Source: Azolla caroliniana
Taxonomy: Eukaryota > Plantae > Polypodiophyta
Assembly: GCA_043228905.1 (NCBI GenBank)
Contig: JBHGNT010000001.1
Span: 11,718,001-11,782,000 of the forward strand
Direction: 5' to 3'
DNA length: 64,000 nt
Shown: positions 44,994-57,505 of the stretch, piece by piece
Position numbering within the stretch: the first letter of the stretch is position 1
Layout of the letters: each line of letters starts with the position of its first letter
Notes under the pieces: generated by a model
Databases searched by the model: none
The model's input: the letters and a program-made list of their open reading frames with translations, nothing else
Told to the model about the DNA's origin: nothing
Translations under genes and position numbers: made by a program

Positions 44994-47900
44994 TGTAACA
45001 TTGTTTACAATGGGTACTTTTCTATCCTATTTTTATTGGGAGTAGCCTCAATCAAGCTCATATCTGGCTTTGATGGTGAGATTTGTTTACACAGGATTAT
45101 GGTGATAGCAACCTTGATTGCACCAGAAATGTGGATGCATAGCCTTCTATGCAAGTGTGAAACGAGATCATATGATGAGATGCAAACTCAGCCTTAATAG
45201 TGTGATATTTTTTATTTATTCGACAAGAACACCAGAAAAAGGCGTGAGTGAATGCATTTCCATACAAACTTCGAAGGTCAAGAATCAAATGGGAATAAAC
45301 CCATGGGATTCATGTGAAGAATCAATCCCTTATAAACCTCAAAGGTAAAGTCTAATCAAGAGAGAATAAATCCATGCCTGCTCATGTGAAGGGCCCCTAT
45401 TAAAACTTGATGATAAAGAATCCAAAAACAATAAATGATCAAAATTGCCTGAATGAGTTGATGTGAACCCATCTCTAAGGGGGTTGGGGGCATGTGAAGA
45501 ACCCCTTATAAACACTGGAGGAGAAGGCCTTATTGAATCAAGAGCCATTACAACAGTTAACACACGATGTTACTACTCTAGGAATTCATATTAATGGCAG
45601 CCCTCCTGCGAGATACAGGGCAGCGCCATCACAAGCTTCCCTATATATGCCTTGCAGCAAAGGTGCCACGGCCCCCATCATGGTGGCTTACCAAGTCCAT
45701 TGTTGTTGACTGGGGTCACTACACTCTGGAAAGTGTCATGGTGAAGGTAAGCGCTGCACACAACCTCCTTTTTCCACTGATTCACTTTCCTCTTTCTCTT
45801 ATCATTGCCTCCCCAACTAATGAAATTGTTTGCCTCGAGAGCTCACGAAAAAGTTCATTGAAATCTTCTATTGTTGTCCTAATTCCCAACATTAGCTCCA
45901 AACTAGATGTGTCGACTCAAGATGTGTAACACCAAGCACATATTTAATCTTCGATGCAGTGATGCCTACTTGATAAGCTTGCATTGTTTGAGTGGATAGT
46001 AGATTCTTTACCAATAGCCAAGACCATATACTCAAGAGTGAACGAGTTTCGTGTTAGTATGTTACATGTGTGAATTGGGTCATGGATGCCCACTTTTCGG
46101 GGAGAATTGAACCTTGAGAGCATGATTTGACTCTCTTTGCTTCTTCCATCAACTCCTTTTTATGCATCAACCAAACACGATCATTGTGGGTATCGATATC
46201 TTTGCCACTCATTGTGTGTTGTGAGTTTTTGGTGGTACTGTTTTGCATGGTTGGGTTTAGTAATTAAAGTTACATTTACTCTTGTTTATCTGGGCAAGAC
46301 ATTGTTGTACCTTTTATTTGTTGATAATGGGTAGTTTACTTGAGTTGATCATGTGGTTTTTTATTATTTGCCAAAGTTAGATACACCTAACCCAATATGG
46401 TTTAATTGCAGGTAAGAATATATTGAGTGAAGAAAAACATTGGATAACACTTAATTGAATGCCCAATTAATTGAATGGATGTCAAAACTGGAAAAGAGAA
46501 AAGAAGAAGGAACAAGGTAGATTGAGAGAGTTTGACGAGATAGAAAATGTAATATAGATAGAGTAACTTTAATAATCGTGGCTAGATATAACTCAAGAGC
46601 TAAAGACTGGCGTTGAACTAGAATGCTAATCGTGAACCTCTTCAAATAGATTTCACACTGAAATGGGTGAAGAACACTTGGCACACATGAATGACAAGAT
46701 GCATGAAGGGAACTTGGTGCATATGCATGAGCTTATGCATGAAGAACACTTGGCACACATATGTGAGCATGGAATGCTTGCAAGCTACATGTCCTCTCAT
46801 GAGTCAAAACATGTATACATGATATGGGTCACGAATATCTTAATAGGGCATTGTAGTCATAATAATGGATGACAAGGAGGTTGAGGGATAAATTCATAAA
46901 TTGGAAGTCACGAGTTTTGTGACCTCTTTTGTTTGTGTTTCATTTTGTATTGGATAAGAAGGCTTTGCATTTCATTTTGCAACATCTTCAATGTTTTTTG
47001 TGGATAAAGAGAGATAAAATAGATATCACATGAGTTGTAGGGAACCATCTAATAACCTCCAAGCACTTGAGGGGAGTTGCATTGTTGGACTTATCTAGGC
47101 ATGTGATGGGTTACAAATTTTTGTTATTGCAAGACATGTGTTCACACTCACAATAACAAATATATTTGTCCAATATTTCATTGAGAAGAAAGGTAATTAC
47201 TTAGTGGAAGTATTCCACTTAAAATTCCATGTTTTTCATGTGCTCAATACTTGGTTGTCTCATGACTTTTTTATTATTTTGTTGACATGGAAAGAAGAGT
47301 TTGTGCTCTCAATTTAATCACTTCTTTCATTTACGGGTCAAAGAGGTGGGAGTTGTAGTTGAGGCTCAACACACAACGATTATTATACCCATTTATGGAT
47401 TTATTGGTAGTAACTATAGAGCATAACATTGATAGAGGGTCTTTTACATATACAAACTAAAGAACAACCATGGGTTGATTGGCTCTTCTGTATACAAACC
47501 ATGGAAGATAATATTCATCATTTCATATGGCAATGTTTGCTCGCTCGCCAGATTTGGGATTGTGTTTCTTAGATTTGGCAAGTTTTGTCATGTTGTTATT
47601 TGACCCAAGCCACATGTGGTTACACCCTCAATATTATGGTTGTTTTATAATGTTCTCTTCTACCATGTTTTGGACCTACCAATGTCAAGTTATAGCCATA
47701 AAATCTCTTCTCCTTTCAAGAAACACCAACACCTAATCCATTAATGCATGATTATGTGTGATATTTTAAATAATCGTAACCATGCTTTTTAGTTTTTGAG
47801 TTCATGAGAGGGGTATGATTTTATATTTGTCTCATTTAAACATTTGTCTGTTTTTGGTGAAAAGTGCCACCATACTAACTTCTAAGGATGATTCGTGGGG

Positions 47901-48151
47901 TATGTTAAGGTATGATGTATATGGAGAGAAACAAGCCACAAAGACCTTTTTCTCTGAAAACCTAAGCCATTTGGTGAATAATGGCCAGTTTGATTCTTAC
48001 CTACAAATAGATCGCTCTTGTTTTAAGAATCTAGTGTTTATCTTTAGTTTCGTTGGGTGAAAGAGATGGAGAACGGACAACATTATTGTCGTGGTTTTGT
48101 TTGGAAACTCAATAGAGTAGGGGGAATCTCCCTAAAGCTACGGCTCTCGTA

Positions 48152-48373
48152 GTACAAACGAGGGAAGGGTAAATTGATCACGCCACGTCTGTCTGGGGTG
48201 CAAATTAAAAGAAGACCCGCTAGCAATGGGTGGGAGAGGAGGGGGGAACCACGGGAGTTGTCGATTTGTACTTACTGTACATACATACATACAAATACAT
48301 ACAAACATATATGAGAGAAGAGAAGAGAAACGGGGGTACCAACATTTTGTATGTATGTACTACAAAGATGTAC
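48152..48373 (+). promoter_or_regulatory. cluster of six GTAC cores (copper-response elements, SPL7/CRR1 type)
   Basis: GTAC at 48152, 48268, 48277, 48336, 48357 and 48370, which is 200-420 bp upstream of the COPT ATG. Confidence 0.65.
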
Positions 48374-48572
48374 TACTACTACTACTACTACATCTACTAG
48401 AGAAAGAGCACAAGGGGCCACATTTGTAAATATGAGAAACTATGGGGACCAATATGTCTTAAAGCCTTCCATTTCCCTCTGAGCAGACGCAAACGCAGAC
48501 GCAGACGACGAAGCAGACGACGACGAAGCAGAAGCAGAAGCAGAAGCAGAAGCAGCAGAAAGGGGGGTAAAG

Positions 48573-49022
48573 ATGATGCACATGACCTTCTACTGGGGCA
48601 AGGACGCCACAATTCTGTTCGATGGATGGAAAACCTCCACATGGACCACCTACTTCCCCTCCCTCCTCGCCCTCTTCCTCGTCTCTGTCTTCTACTCATA
48701 CCTCTCCATCGCTAGGGTTTCTCCCTCCTCTTCCTCCTTTCTCTCCGCTAAACCTACGTATTCCGTTATTTCGGATCCTTTGGTTCCGGACGGACGAAGG
48801 AAACGAAAGATCCCCGTTCCTTCAAGCAGGAAACTTCTGAATTCCGTCATTTTTGGCATCCGAGTCGCGATCAGCTACTTGCTTATGCTCGCTGTTATGT
48901 CTTTCAATGGAGGCGTCTTCATCGCTGTGGTTCTTGGCTTCATCGTTGGTTATTATTTTGCTAGTGATCTATCTTCTGATACTGATTCTTCTGCTGATGA
49001 CGGAGATATCTGTTGCGCTTAG
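48573..49022 (+). CDS. COPT5: Ctr-family copper transporter, COPT5-like, 149 aa, intronless
   Basis: MMHMTFYWG..ATILFDGWKT N-terminus, three hydrophobic segments, MxxxM motif (YLLMLAVMSFNGGVF), GxxxG (GFIVGY) and a C-terminal CCA. Confidence 0.93.
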   Translation: MMHMTFYWGKDATILFDGWKTSTWTTYFPSLLALFLVSVFYSYLSIARVSPSSSSFLSAKPTYSVISDPLVPDGRRKRKIPVPSSRKLLNSVIFGIRVAISYLLMLAVMSFNGGVFIAVVLGFIVGYYFASDLSSDTDSSADDGDICCA

Positions 49023-49314
49023 ATCCTGCATCTTCTTACTTGTAAGTTTCTTGTTTTGTAATCCAATATGACGATGGATATTGTACATAAAGCTTTCCAT
49101 TCTCTGAGATTTCCGTGGAGGTTCACGCACGTGTGCCATTAATGTAAATCAAGTCTCCATTACTTTTATCATCCATGAATATGTGGATCCTGCTTTCTTT
49201 CTTTACCATCCATGAACTTTTAAGTTTCTTTATTTACCATCCTATATGATGATTTGCATCGATATGCCTACTGCCTCTTAGATCCTGCTTCATCTTACTT
49301 GCAAGTTTTTAACT

Positions 49315-49636
49315 TTACCATCCAACATGGTGATTTATTCTTGAACGTCAAATTTCCATTTCCCATGGTAGCCATTGATATGTGTACATACACCAAATCT
49401 CCACTTTCTTAAAGTTATAACATAGATGTACATACAATTTGCATTTTCTGTTGTATACACGAGGATGGAGATGCCTTTACCATCCAATATGGTGATGGAT
49501 TCTTGAACATCAAATTTCCATTTTCCATGGTATCCATAGATGTGTAGATACACCAAAACTCCATTTTCTTAAAGTTATAACGTAGATGTACATACAATTT
49601 GCATTTTCTGTTGTATCCACGAGGATGGAGATGCCT
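49315..49636. repeat. ~160-bp x2 tandem duplication downstream of COPT
   Basis: TTTACCATCCAA.ATGGTGAT..ATTCTTGAAC...ACGAGGATGGAGATGCCT occurs twice. Confidence 0.85.
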
Positions 49637-51638
49637 GTTAAACTTAGGTTTTGCTTCTGTCTTACTTGTAAGTTTCTTTCTGTTCCATATAATATGATGA
49701 TCGATTATTGTAAACCAAGTTCCCATTCTCACTGATTTCATGGATCGACACACCAGTGTGTCCCGTTGGTGCTTCTTCAAAAGTGAATGATTGTCCTATA
49801 TGTAGTAAATATCATGTGGGCCATAATTGGGTTATTGCATCAAACTAAAATTTGAATGTCTTTTATCTACAGTTGTGTCCTAACTATTGAATTTTACATG
49901 TTCTCTCACATTCTTTAGCATCAGTGGTGTTGTCCCTGCACATTCCTAGCAATAGAGGCATTGTTACAACATAGTCAAGGGACAATGTCTAAAGAGAGTT
50001 GTGTTTGGAGGAGTCCCAATCGGCCTAACAAAAGTTTAAACTCTGAGTTTACGTCCCTCAAATCTCTAATTAGTTGTAGTCTTCTTTAGTTTTAGTTGCT
50101 TTTCACTAATCTCTATTAATCCCTAAACCGCAAAATTTGAACCATCCATGCTACTTGTAATTGGGATTGATTGCGCCATGGCAACTTAGATAGGTAGATT
50201 GTTGCAAACCTACCCCACCAAGCAAGGATGGCTCAAACAAGACATTTGTAGTCAATGAGGTAATGGTAGTCCGATAGAACATTACAAAACAACACATGAG
50301 GTTGGTTGACACTAGAGGAAAAATTGATCAAACCCGAACCGAAGCAACTACATTAGCCAATTAGGCTCAACAAGCACATTATTCACCATAAACATCAAAA
50401 CATGGTCATGGAAATATTGATCTTAGCATACTACGGCATGATAGATATGAAGTTCTACTTCAAATCATAGAAATGGGGATAAAACTTCGCTCTATCTTAT
50501 TGGAAATCAAAATCAAAGGAGGAAGAGGTAGACCTTTTACAAGAGATATTAGAGGAAGCCGTTAAAAGGGGGGAATGACACACAAAACTTGGGCAAGAAT
50601 ATAGTGGTCACCCCGAAGTCTACTCTCCAAAGAACCTATCCCCAATCGAGAGTTGGTGGGCACTAGTATCCCTTATGTAGAGAGGAAGACCATTGATATC
50701 GTCACCAAGACGAGCAAATCACAATGATATGATTGCACCAATTAACAAGGTATGGAGACACCTATGAACATGTCCTTCCAAATATCATAAGGCCTATGAG
50801 CCTATCATAAACATAAAGCATGTCACGATTTTTGGGCTCACACTTGATAAACTAGTTGGAATAGACAAATTTGCATCTTTTAACCTCACATTTACGGTTG
50901 ACTCCCTAAGAAGCACCAAATTATTTTAATTACATTTGGGAAGAATTTATCACTAGTTTTGCATGATGTGCCATCAAATAGAATCTAATTGATTGGCAAT
51001 TTTTCCAAACAAAAAGCAAATGAGATAATACATGATTATATTGACCCCACGAATAATATTCAAAATCAAAAGTAAAACAAGAGATAAAATGTTTGATGAC
51101 TATAAACTCATCAACCCTACATAATTTTCAATCATGTCGGTCTTTCTTTGAAGCGAAGCATACTCCGAGATGATGGTGATGGAGGACAATGATAGACTTC
51201 AAAAAGCAACCATGATAATCATAAACTTAAAAATGACAATATATATACACCCCACTTGAAGCACCTTAGAGGAGGACGGAAAGATCAATTAGTTTGTTAA
51301 TATGAATGGGAGAATATAGGAAGTTATTTATGTCAAGCACACCATATAGACCACAACACCTACATTTAAACCATAATAACTGTGAATTAGGATATAAATT
51401 GTCTACCTATAAACTCCTAAGCACGCTGAGAAAATTCTAATAGCTTTGACCAACTTGAAATTGAGAATGGTGGGTGATTTGGTCTAGAAACTAGAAGGCA
51501 TGGTCACAAACAATACATTCAAAGTCTATTGGCTAGAACTTACCTCATTTTGGTAGTCACGAATCGTGAAAGAAAGTAGTGTATGATTGCTTCTTGGAGT
51601 GAACTTTCTTAAGAGTCTCTATTGTGGTGTACGTGATG

Positions 51639-52010
51639 CTCTGATACCATATGTTGGAAGCGATCGTCAAGTACGGAACAATCTCAACATCTCTTTGTGA
51701 TGAAGATCGTTAGAGACTGGAGAGAAACAGATTAAGAACAATAGAAAACTAGAACATAAGACAATATCAACGAGAAAACAATGAGAAGAGGGACCGCAGA
51801 GTAGGCACAAACAAGATGTAATTGTATTATTCTCAAAAGTTACAATAGCACAATGTACAAAGTGAACAACCCTAACACTAGGTTACAAGAGTCAATTTCA
51901 ATACTAACTGACTTAGAGCAACTGCCCTTTCTACTATTTACAGAAATGGCCTAAACCTAGTGTGTCCAATTGGACAATGTGAATACATCCATTAAAGACC
52001 TATATTCAAT
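51639..52010 (-). mobile_element. LTR plus tRNA-Met PBS remnant, related to the 39484-39772 LTR
   Basis: CTCTGATACCA followed by TGTTGG. Shares GCAACTGC..TTTCTACTATTTACA..AACCTAGTGTGTCCA with 39670-39721. Confidence 0.7.
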
Positions 52011-52112
52011 AGAGATAGCATGAGACACAAGGGCTGAAATAGAGAAGAGAAGTTCTAAGTTAGCCCATGTGAGTAAGACAGAGAGAAGATGTGAAGACAA
52101 CAAGGGTAGGCA

Positions 52113-52432
52113 TAGGGATCGGCAACGACTCGGCTCAAGCCTAAACCGTTTAGCTAAACCAGTTTTAAACAGGTTAGCGGGTTAGTGGCTTGGCTCGACT
52201 CAGTTTAGGTTTGAGCCTACCTAAACGGTTTGAGCTAGGAACCGCTTCACAAACCAGTACCTAAACTACTACACAAACTAGTTCCTAAACTGATTTAGGC
52301 CAAACCAGTTTAGCCTAAATCGCTTTATGGATCAGTTCAAGTTTGAGAACCCCAAAATGGTTTAAGCTTAACCAGTTTGGCTTGGATAAGGACAAACCGG
52401 TTAAGCCTAAACCGAACCGTTGCCGATTCCTA
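52113..52432. mobile_element. non-autonomous hAT element (MITE), 320 bp
   Basis: TIR TAGGGATCGGCAACG / CGTTGCCGATTCCTA. 8-bp TSD GGTAGGCA at 52105-52112 and 52433-52440. AAACC-type subterminal repeats. Confidence 0.92.
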
Positions 52433-52613
52433 GGTAGGCACAGTTTTGTGGAACTTGCCCAAACCTTATAAGTGATTTCAGACACCAATCTGTTACATCT
52501 ACAACTAAATAGGTTTAGTCGTTTCATATATTCTTGTTATGAGATTCATACTTCTATGATACTCTCTAAGACTGGAGCCTTTCATTCAGAAAGCTGAAAG
52601 CTCTGTAATTTGT

Positions 52614-54952
52614 TTGTTTTTCGTACTCTTCATTCATAGTCAATTTGTTGGCTAGAGTGCACGTGATTTTTTCTTGATTTGTGTTTGTGTCTCAAAATAA
52701 TTTTCCACGTAAAACAGTGTGTAGCTTGATTTGTGTTTGTGTCTCAAAATAATTTGCTACTTATCTCTTATTGTAAACACTTCATCTTTTCTGCCCACCA
52801 TGTTTTGTGCTCGTTTCAGGACCCCCATGTTTTAGGTACATCGAACTATACTATTAGAATTTAGGACTTTGACCATGAGTTAATCTATATGTGAAAGGGA
52901 ATAAGACATGTGATCACTAAGTATACACCTAAAAAATCCATGAATAGGAAGGCCTTGGTCACGGATGACCAATTGGTCACAACTGAATTGGAGACTAGAT
53001 GTTTAGTTCATGAGCCCACAATAAATTGGTAATTCAGCCATGATGAATTGTAGCTAAAACATGGATATGGAAAACTTGCCTCCATTAGCATCTCACCACA
53101 TTGTTTTTTGTACTCTTCATTCATAGTGAATTTGTTGGCTAGAGTGCCCGTGGTTTTTTCTTGATTTGGGATTTTCCACGTAAAATAGTGTGTGTTGATT
53201 TGTGTTTGTGTGTCAGAATAATTTGCTGCTTATCTCTTATTGTAAACACTTCATCTCTTCTCCCCACCATGTTTTGTGCTCATTTCGGGACCCCCATGTT
53301 TTTTAGGTAGATCGCACTATACTATTAGGACTTTGGACATGAGGTAATCTATATATGAAAGGGAATAAGACATGCGATATCTAAGTATACACTTAAAAAA
53401 TACATGAATAGGAAGGCCTTGCTCACGGATGACCGATTGGTCACAACTGAATTGGAGACTAGATGTTTAGTTCATGAGCCCACAATAAATTGGTAATTCA
53501 GCCATGATGAATTGTAGCTAAAACATGGATATGGAAAACTTGCCTCCATTAGCATCTCACCACATTGGTTTTTGTACTCTTCATTCGTAGTGAATTTGTT
53601 GGCTAGAATGCCCGTGGTTTTTTATTGATTTGGGATTTTCCACGTAAAATAGTGTGTAGCTTTATTTGTGTCTCAGAATAATCTGCTCCTTATCTCTAAT
53701 TGTAAACACTTCATCTCTTCTCCCCACCATGTTTTGTGCTCGTTTCAGGACCCCCATGTTTTAGGTACATCGCACTATACTATTAGGACTTTGGACATGA
53801 GTTAATCTATATATGAAAGGGAATAAGACATGTGATATCTAAGTATACACTTAAAAAATACATGAATAGGAAGGCCTTGCTCACGGATGACCGATTGGTC
53901 ACAACTGAATTGGAAACTAGATGTTTAGTTCATGAGTCCACAATAAATTGGTAATTCAGCCACGATGAATTGTAGCTAAAACATGGATATGGAAAACTTG
54001 CCTTCATTAGCATCTCATCACATTGTTTTTTGTACTCTTCATTCATAGTGAATTTGTTGGCTAGAGTGCCCATGGTTTTTTCGTGAGTTGGGATTTTCCA
54101 CGTAAAATAGTGTGTAGCTTGATTTGTATTTGTGTCTCAGAATAATTTGTTGATTATCTCTTATTGTAAATACTTCATCTCTTCTCCCCACTATGTTTTG
54201 TGCTCGTTTCAGGAACCTCATGTTTTAGGTACATCACACTATACTATTGGGACTTTGGACATGAGGTAATCTATATATGAAAAGGAATAAGACATGCGAT
54301 ATCTAAGTATACACTTAAAAAATACATGGATAGGAAGGCCTTGGTCATGGATGACCGATTGGTCACAATTGAATTGGAGACTAGATGTTTAGTTCATGAG
54401 CCCACAATAAATTGGTAATTCAGCCACGACGAATTGTAGCTAAAACATGGATATGGAAAACTTGCCTCCATTAGCATCTCACCACATTGTTTTTTGTACT
54501 CTTCATTCATAGTGAATTTGTTGGCTAGAGTGCACGTGGTTTTGTCTTGATTTGGGACTTTCCACGTAAAACAATGTGTCGCTTGATTTGTGTTTGTGTA
54601 GCAGAATAATCAGTCGCTTATCTCTAATTGTAAACACTTCATCTCTTATCCCCACCATGCTTTGTGCTTGTTTCAGGACCCGCATGTTTTAGGTACATCG
54701 CACTATACTATTAGGACTTTGGACATGAGGTAATCTGTATGTAAAAGGGAATAAGACATGCGATATCTAAGTATAGACTTGAAAAATACATGAATAGGAA
54801 GGCCTTGCTCACAGATGACCAATTGGTCACAACTAAATTGGAGAATAGATGTTTAGTTCATGAGCCCACAATAAATTGGTAATTCAGCCATGATGAATTG
54901 TAGCTAAAACATGGATATGGAAAACTTGCCTCCATTAGCATCTCACCACATT
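52614..54952 (+). repeat. tandem array, 5 x ~460-490 bp, LTR-derived
   Basis: GTACTCTTCATTC recurs at 52623, 53110, 53574, 54032 and 54496 (periods 487, 464, 458, 464). Confidence 0.93.
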
Positions 54953-57505
54953 TGAATCGAGTTTTACATGTTTTACCTAATAGATGGAATGAACCCATAA
55001 GCACAAAGTTTTGTGACAAAGACAAAGTGATCTTATCTTGCTTTACCTCTAATGTTTCACATTATAAGGACCTCAATGATGTTTGGGAGGTAGACCCAAA
55101 ATTCCATATCGAACAAGGTATGGCCAAATCCAACTAGTTTAAACACATCAAAGCAAAGGTAGGGGTGTGCTAGTCCTAGCAAACATATCTAGTTAGCTAC
55201 TACACAATAGATATGCCAAAGAGGGGCCAAAATGAAACAAATTACTCAAGTTAAGGATGAGATCACCAACTAGAAGTAAAGGAAATATATGTCCCAAAGA
55301 CCTTCAAAATATATGAGGAAGGTGTCAATCAATAGCATGTCTTTGAACTATTAGAAAAACCAAAAAATCTTACTTCTTCTAGTGGGCCCATGGAAGTGAA
55401 GGAAATATAACTAGAAGACAAAGAAAACCACAAACTAGTTTGCATAATATTTGACCTAAGAGGAAACAATGTTATTGACATTCCTATTTGAGTAGAAAGA
55501 TGTATTTACTTGGAACTTTGAGGACATGAAATGGGTACCATTAGGCACAATTATGCATACCATTGCCCTGCCCAACACAGTCTAGTCTAGCAAAAGAACT
55601 ACTTTTCCATGGAGTTAGTCCCATTCTCTTACAAATAAATGTCTTCCAAAACACAAGTTCCATGAACATTTACCAAAGAGGGGTAGAGCATATTTTCACC
55701 CCTACAAGTCGAATGAATTATTTTGTGACTCCACATGGAGAGAGCACCTTGCCTTTTGAGGTATATGTTTTTGAAAACGCATGAATACTAGTTTTATTCG
55801 AACCCACTTAAGTGTTATTTATGGGTTAAGAACAACTTGATATTAGGAAACATTGTGTTCAATGATGACATCTTCATTCAGAACATCAAAGTTAAAACTA
55901 GTAATCAAGGTGCAATCCTTGACCAACAAGAAATCATTGCAAAGATTTAAACAATTGTTTTTGATGTTCTTCGAAAAAGAGAGACCATTGTATGGTTACT
56001 AAGGAAGTTCAAATGAACAATTGATTATACTAAAAACTATTTAAGCTGAAAAATAGATGTTTGCCAACAATATCTTCTATCTTAAATTGACACATTTGTG
56101 ACAAGCAATTCACGCACTTCACTGTTAGGCTACAAGAAGAAAGTACAATTTGTGGGATAGGACCAAGAGGATTAGAAAGGTCGCCTGAGCAACTACATTA
56201 CTAGCTCAGATAATTTATATTTTACCTTTTACATGAGCATCCCGCCCTCTACTAGTCATTTACCCCACTAATAAGTTTTGCCTTCACAAAGCATGGAGTC
56301 AAATCTCAACTTATTGTTTCTTGACTAGCTACTCACAATTATGACAATATGTTCCAACCATCTAATAGAGAAGACGAAAGTAGCAATGGCCATACTTCTT
56401 CGTCAATTTCAATTTCAACTTAACTCAATTGGGTTGCAATTGTGTTGAGTTCATTAATATGTTGGGCTACAATGTGCCTTCAATCATCTACAATTGAATA
56501 ACCACCTCATCAACTGAACTTTGTTAGAGGCTAATGGCTTCTCATACATATTGGAGAGAGTTGTCATAAGACCACTGTTGTGGTCCTTTCCTTTGCAATG
56601 TTGAAAGCAACATTGCGAGATATTGTCGATTGGATAACTCTGAGGGCTTGTCTGTCATCACAACCATTGATTATTGTATGGAGCGAATTGTGATCCAAGG
56701 CTAAAGTGTGTTTGGAAAGTGAAGATGTAGCTATAGGCATATATTGTACTACAAGGTCATAGTATCTTTGATTTCGCTCTATAGTTCATGAGTGATTGCG
56801 ATCACACTCCCTTAATGATGTTGTCACCCACCTTCTGGATGAATTCATGGTCACACTTTGGAAAAGTACACCATATTGCCCCTAGTCCAAAATCCAAGTA
56901 GAATGTTCAATTCAAATCTTTCCCCTAGTTTTCCCACATGATTTGATTTGATTCCTTCAATTATTGCATTGTCCTCCCAATCTATTACATTCATCCAATC
57001 AACCTCTCATATGATTATCCCCTTCCCTCACCTGCTTATCGTCTCTCAATCACTACTCCTAATAGCTCCACACCTCCATCCACCATCCCATGAGCAAATC
57101 ATTCATTCTCTATGACGCCAAACTTTCCCAAAACACAAAAGAAAACATAGACTATGTATCATTAGTTGCACATTTCAAGCATAACGACATGTACATTGGA
57201 ATTCTTATTCAAAACATAGAGGGAAATGATCCTCGACCTTATAGTAAAAGGGAGATCAATGTATACAATTGGCATACCCTCTCCTATTAAACTTACCCAA
57301 TCCCCTTATATTTATCACATGGGACTCAATAGGTTCTTGAAACAATCCACTTAGACTTTTCAAACTAATATAACTTAAGTTGTAACCACCAACACTTATC
57401 ACACAAGCATTCCCAAGTTTGATTAGGACCTTGGAGAAGAGTTAAAGTGAACCTTGCCAATGGTCATCCATAAGATCACGCACACATTGCATATGTTTTA
57501 TTTTA

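Larger units (their letters stand above)
50100..56800 (+). mobile_element. very old Gypsy remnant (protease and RT traces), interrupted by LTRs, a MITE and a tandem array
   Basis: LLGVNFLK-like protease tail at ~51590. KDVFTWNFEDMK-like RT start at ~55495. Boundaries are uncertain. Confidence 0.45.

Noticed and set aside
45100-47800. short ORFs between the PPR and COPT genes
   Set aside because: No recognisable motifs or splice-consistent structure; probably decayed TE or intergenic DNA.
48397-48699. antisense Arg/Leu-rich ORF over the COPT start
   Set aside because: It is a translation of GCAGAA/GCAGAC microsatellites in the 5' UTR.
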